Shown here: positions 60,295 to 64,000 of the stretch, one piece after another | Layout: every line of letters starts with the position of its first letter | How positions within the stretch are numbered: the stretch's first letter is position 1 | Origin: Octopus sinensis | Taxonomy: Eukaryota | NCBI RefSeq assembly: GCF_006345805.1 | Contig: NC_043015.1 | Coordinates: 49,166,001 to 49,230,000, forward strand | DNA: 64,000 nucleotides | Direction of reading: 5' to 3' | Program-made: the position numbers and the translations under genes | Notes under the pieces: generated by a model | What the model was told of the DNA's origin: nothing | The model's input: only the letters and a program-made list of their open reading frames with translations | Database searches by the model: none

Positions 60295-62304
60295 TAGTAA
60301 TGTGGGTTAGTTTTGACATACTAAATGTGTGTTAGTCATATTATTTAAAATAATGAACTAAAAATCTTAAGACAATTATTAGCTTGAAAAATGGCAGTGA
60401 AGCGTGAATTTGTATCAGACCCTGATAATTCCAGTAAAGAACTATAAAAATAAGCAAAACAAAAAAGCAAATAAGCTATCTATTGTTGTTATTTTTAATA
60501 TTAAAAAGAGAAAGAAAAAAAACTTTCTAAAAAGTTTGCCAAATTTTCTGAAGACTAAAAAAAAGAAAAAAACTGCATCAGATATGCATTTTGCTAATAA
60601 ATAGCAGATTCTTTTAAACCATTTCAGACGAACCTTTTTGAGACCATCTTTAGTTCTACAATGCAAAGTTGCTGTTTTAAAGTGATCAAAATTAAAAGAT
60701 TCCATTGAAGTTTCAAGTTAATTTATGCCCCAATCACCAAACATAATAATGCCCAAGTTACTTTATAAAATTCTTCAGCCAGTCTTCAGTCAAACCGTCC
60801 AACCCATGCCAGCATGGAAAGCGGACGTTAAACGAAGATGATGATGATGATGAAAGAGAGTGAATTTCAACAGAAATATAGTAAAAAGAGGGTTAAAAGA
60901 ATTTACCAAAATCTAGTAAGAACAGATTCCTAAAAAAATATAAAGACTTCTCCCCCCCACCACCTAATTAAATTCAAAAGCAATTAAACTAAGTCAAGAG
61001 AGTGTTACTTACTGAAATGCAATTTTTGAAGTTGAGTGAAAACCTAATATCAAATTTCAAAATTCCAACAGTTCCAACTAATTTACCATTCTTAGAAAAA
61101 TTCCTATTTTCATGTTAGCTGTTCAGATTTAATGAGAATATAAATGGTTGACCAATTTGTGAAGTGGTTGCTGGGTTGTACCAAGTTTATGTGGGTCAGT
61201 CTGACACTAATCAAGATACTTCAACAACCAAATTCACCTATTTCACAATCAGTTGCTGCAGCTGCTTTTCTTCTTCTTCTTCTTCTTCTTCAAATCAGGA
61301 CTCACGCCATTAGCCACAAAGAATAATCTCTAATTCGAGCCTACTCTAAGCTACTAAGAACGCGTGTGGCAACTTGAAGATCCACCCACCACACGCGATA
61401 GACTGGCGGTTGTACCGGCGCTAAAGCTACGTTGTTATCCTCATTCCATAAACGGTGGCTTTTATTTAATGGGTGGAGAGCTGAACCATCCTGGGGTACA
61501 GAGGATTCGCAATCTAGACTAGGGTCTGAAAGTTTACCACACCATAGTGGATTACACCATGGTTCCTCTACTTTGTGGCAGAAGTAGGAAGGAAGGGTGA
61601 GAGAAAGTTGTGGTGAAAGAGTACAGCAGGGTTCAAACCGCCCTGCTGGAGTCTCATGGAGTTTAGGTGTTTTTGCTCAATAAACACTCACAATGCCCGG
61701 TCTGGGAATCGAAACCACGTTCTTACAACCACAAGTCTGCTGCCCTAACCACTGGGCTATTGCACCTCCACATCAGTTGTTGCTGCTGTGCAGCCTCAAT
61801 ATGGAGTGATGATCAAAGACATTACATTCCACTGTGACAGTCTTGTCCCTTTCCTAGGCAGAGGGCACTCAGGTCTACATCATACAATGTACCCTTCTTT
61901 TCTAAGCTGATGGGGGTGTAATTTGAGAGGCCTTTGACTGCTATTTCTTGCAGGTCAAACGACTATGTAGAAGACACCCTTCTGTTTTCGCTCATTTGAC
62001 TATATTACATTGCTTTTTAATTAACTGTCTGCAGATGTATTAAGTAAAGATTAAAATGAAATAGAATACAATAAAAATGTGAATATAATGAGTCGAAGGG
62101 AAGAGACTGAAGATGAAATTAAGATCATGGCATGGAATGCATATTTCCCTGGTAAAAAGGAACACGTGTTCAACTTCAGATGAAATCAATACCACTGGTG
62201 GAGCCATAAGCTGGAACCATTGTGTCTTAAAACCTTAATATGGTACAAAAGATACTTTTTAAGAAAATCCTTGAACACCTTTTAAGCCATATTATATAAA
62301 GATT

Positions 62305-62690
62305 TACTCTTTTACTCTTTTACATGTTTCAGTCATTTGACTGCGGCCATGCTGGAGCACCGCCTTTAGTCGAGCAAATCGACCCCAGGACTTATTCTTT
62401 GTAAGCCCAGTACTTATTCTATCGGTCATCTTTTGCCGAACCGCTAAGTGACGGGGATGTAAACATACCAGCATCAGTTGTCAAGCGATGTTCGTGGGGG
62501 AGAAAAACACAGACACACATATATATGACAGGCTTCTTTCAGTTTCCTTCTACCAAATCCACTCACAAGGCTTTGGTCGGCCTGAGGCTATAGTAGAAGA
62601 CACTTGCCTAAGGTGCCATGCAGTGGGACTGAACCCAGAACCATGTGGTTGGTAAGCAAGCTACTTACCACACGGCCGCTCCTGCACCTA
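62305..62690 (-). mobile_element. SINE family A, full length
   Basis: Full motif set. Confidence 0.9.
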
Positions 62691-62992
62691 AATTTTTTTT
62701 TAAAGTGCCTGTTTTATTTTTTGAGAGAACAAAAAATATGGCAAAAGGCCAGCAATTTTTGAGGGGTAGATAGATTGATGACATCAACCCCAGTGTTTAA
62801 CTGGTACTTATTTTACTGACCTGGAAAAGATGAAAGGCAAAATCGACCTTGGCAGAATTTGAACTCAGAACGCAATGAGCTGGAAGAAATGATGCTAAGC
62901 ATTTTGTCCAATGCATTAACACTTTCATTACTGTATTTCTGTTGAGATGCTCTGTGTTTCTTTCAATTAATTTTAAATATAACAACTTAGCA

Positions 62993-63210
62993 ATTCAACA
63001 ATGAAATAACAATGATATAATTAAATTATATCATATAGAAAAAAATTGAATATAAGATAAGAACATATACCAATAATTAAGTAAAATACAATTATACTTT
63101 TTTATTATTTTGTATTTTATTTAATTATTGGTATATGTTCTTATCGTATATTTAATTTTTTTCTATATGGTATAATTTAATTATATCATTGTTATTTCAT
63201 TGTTGAATTA
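62993..63210. repeat. AT-rich fold-back (~105-bp arms)
   Basis: AATTCAACAATGAAATAACAATGATATAATTAAATTATA...GAACATATACCAATAATTAA mirrored at 63115-63210. Confidence 0.8.
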
Positions 63211-63233
63211 ATAAAAGGAGGTTCTTCTCTAAG

Positions 63234-63269
<36 letters not shown>

Positions 63270-64000
63270 CGGGCTTCTTTCAGTTTCTGTCTACCAAATC
63301 CACTCACAAGGCTTTGATCAACCCGAGGCTATAGTAGAAGACACTTGCCCAAGGTGCTACACAGTGGGACTGAATCATGAAGCATGTGGTTGGTAAGCAG
63401 GCTACTTACCACACAGCCACTCCTGCTCCTACAAACTCAGCTACTCCAGAAATAACAAATTCAAAATAAATGAATGAAAGCAAAATTTCCGGCTGCAAAA
63501 GCTATAAATATGTCACTATAATACTGACGCTCAAGAATATATGAAAAGATTAAAGATTATTGTGTCACTAGAAAATAAACGCATTACTATGTTGCTCATA
63601 TGCAACAGTAACATCATTATATTTGGAGCCAACACACACGCAGATACACACACACCGGAGTCCTTACACATACAGAGAAAATAAAAAGAACTATTCATAT
63701 AAAACCAAGTGCTAGTAACAAAAAGGATAAAATAAAATCTGAAGAAACCCCCCCCTGTAACCCATAGCAGGAGAAACGCTTTCTCCAGTCTGAGAGTCTG
63801 AGAGTGGAAGGCAATGTAAAAAGAAGTCTTTGGGTTAAACTCTGACTTCTCTAATTACTTTAACGATATTAGAAAATGGTTTTCAAGTGGAATATTTTAA
63901 AAGTAATTTTTATGTCTGGAACAACAAACAACTTTGGCAGACGCCTACTTCAACAGAAGAGAACGACATTGGCTAAACCAATAAAACATTCCTATTTAAT

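Overview
AT-rich, microsatellite-saturated animal DNA. It is most likely an Octopus genome, inferred from the repeat families and not from a database match. There is one 100-N scaffold gap at 13508-13607. Most long ORFs in the track are (TA)n/(CA)n/(ATAG)n/(TAC)n artefacts. Host gene: three phase-compatible minus-strand exons (50621-50682, 47410-47531, 42284-42565 with stop) plus a 3'UTR with AATAAA signals. They form the end of a gene whose tail resembles plasma-membrane Na+/H+ exchangers (SLC9A-like, tentative). Retroelements: a near full-length CR1-group LINE (34862-~39830, minus), a second CR1-group 3' fragment, RTE-clade fragments (one with a PHD-type finger inside the RT region), a 5'-truncated Penelope-like element (PLE; RT + GIY-YIG), many short PLE terminal-repeat remnants, and three tRNA-derived SINE families. 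The CR1 ORF1 carries a Myb/SANT-trihelix-like domain and a CCCH finger, and an AT-rich tandem array lies upstream of it. DNA elements: Helitron/Helentron pieces, and mariner, DD37D, pogo-like, piggyBac-like and hAT non-autonomous elements. The most striking unannotated signal is a set of minimal type-I hammerhead ribozyme motifs in at least five PLE repeat families. They have palindromic helix III and different core variants, including compensatory 3:8 pairs (U3:A8 in two families, A3:U8 in one). Many sit at or near the centre of fold-back palindromes in (TA)n tracts. A second signal is a covarying 3' stem-loop shared by the CR1-group LINEs and the dominant SINE. All folds were made by eye, and no activity is shown.
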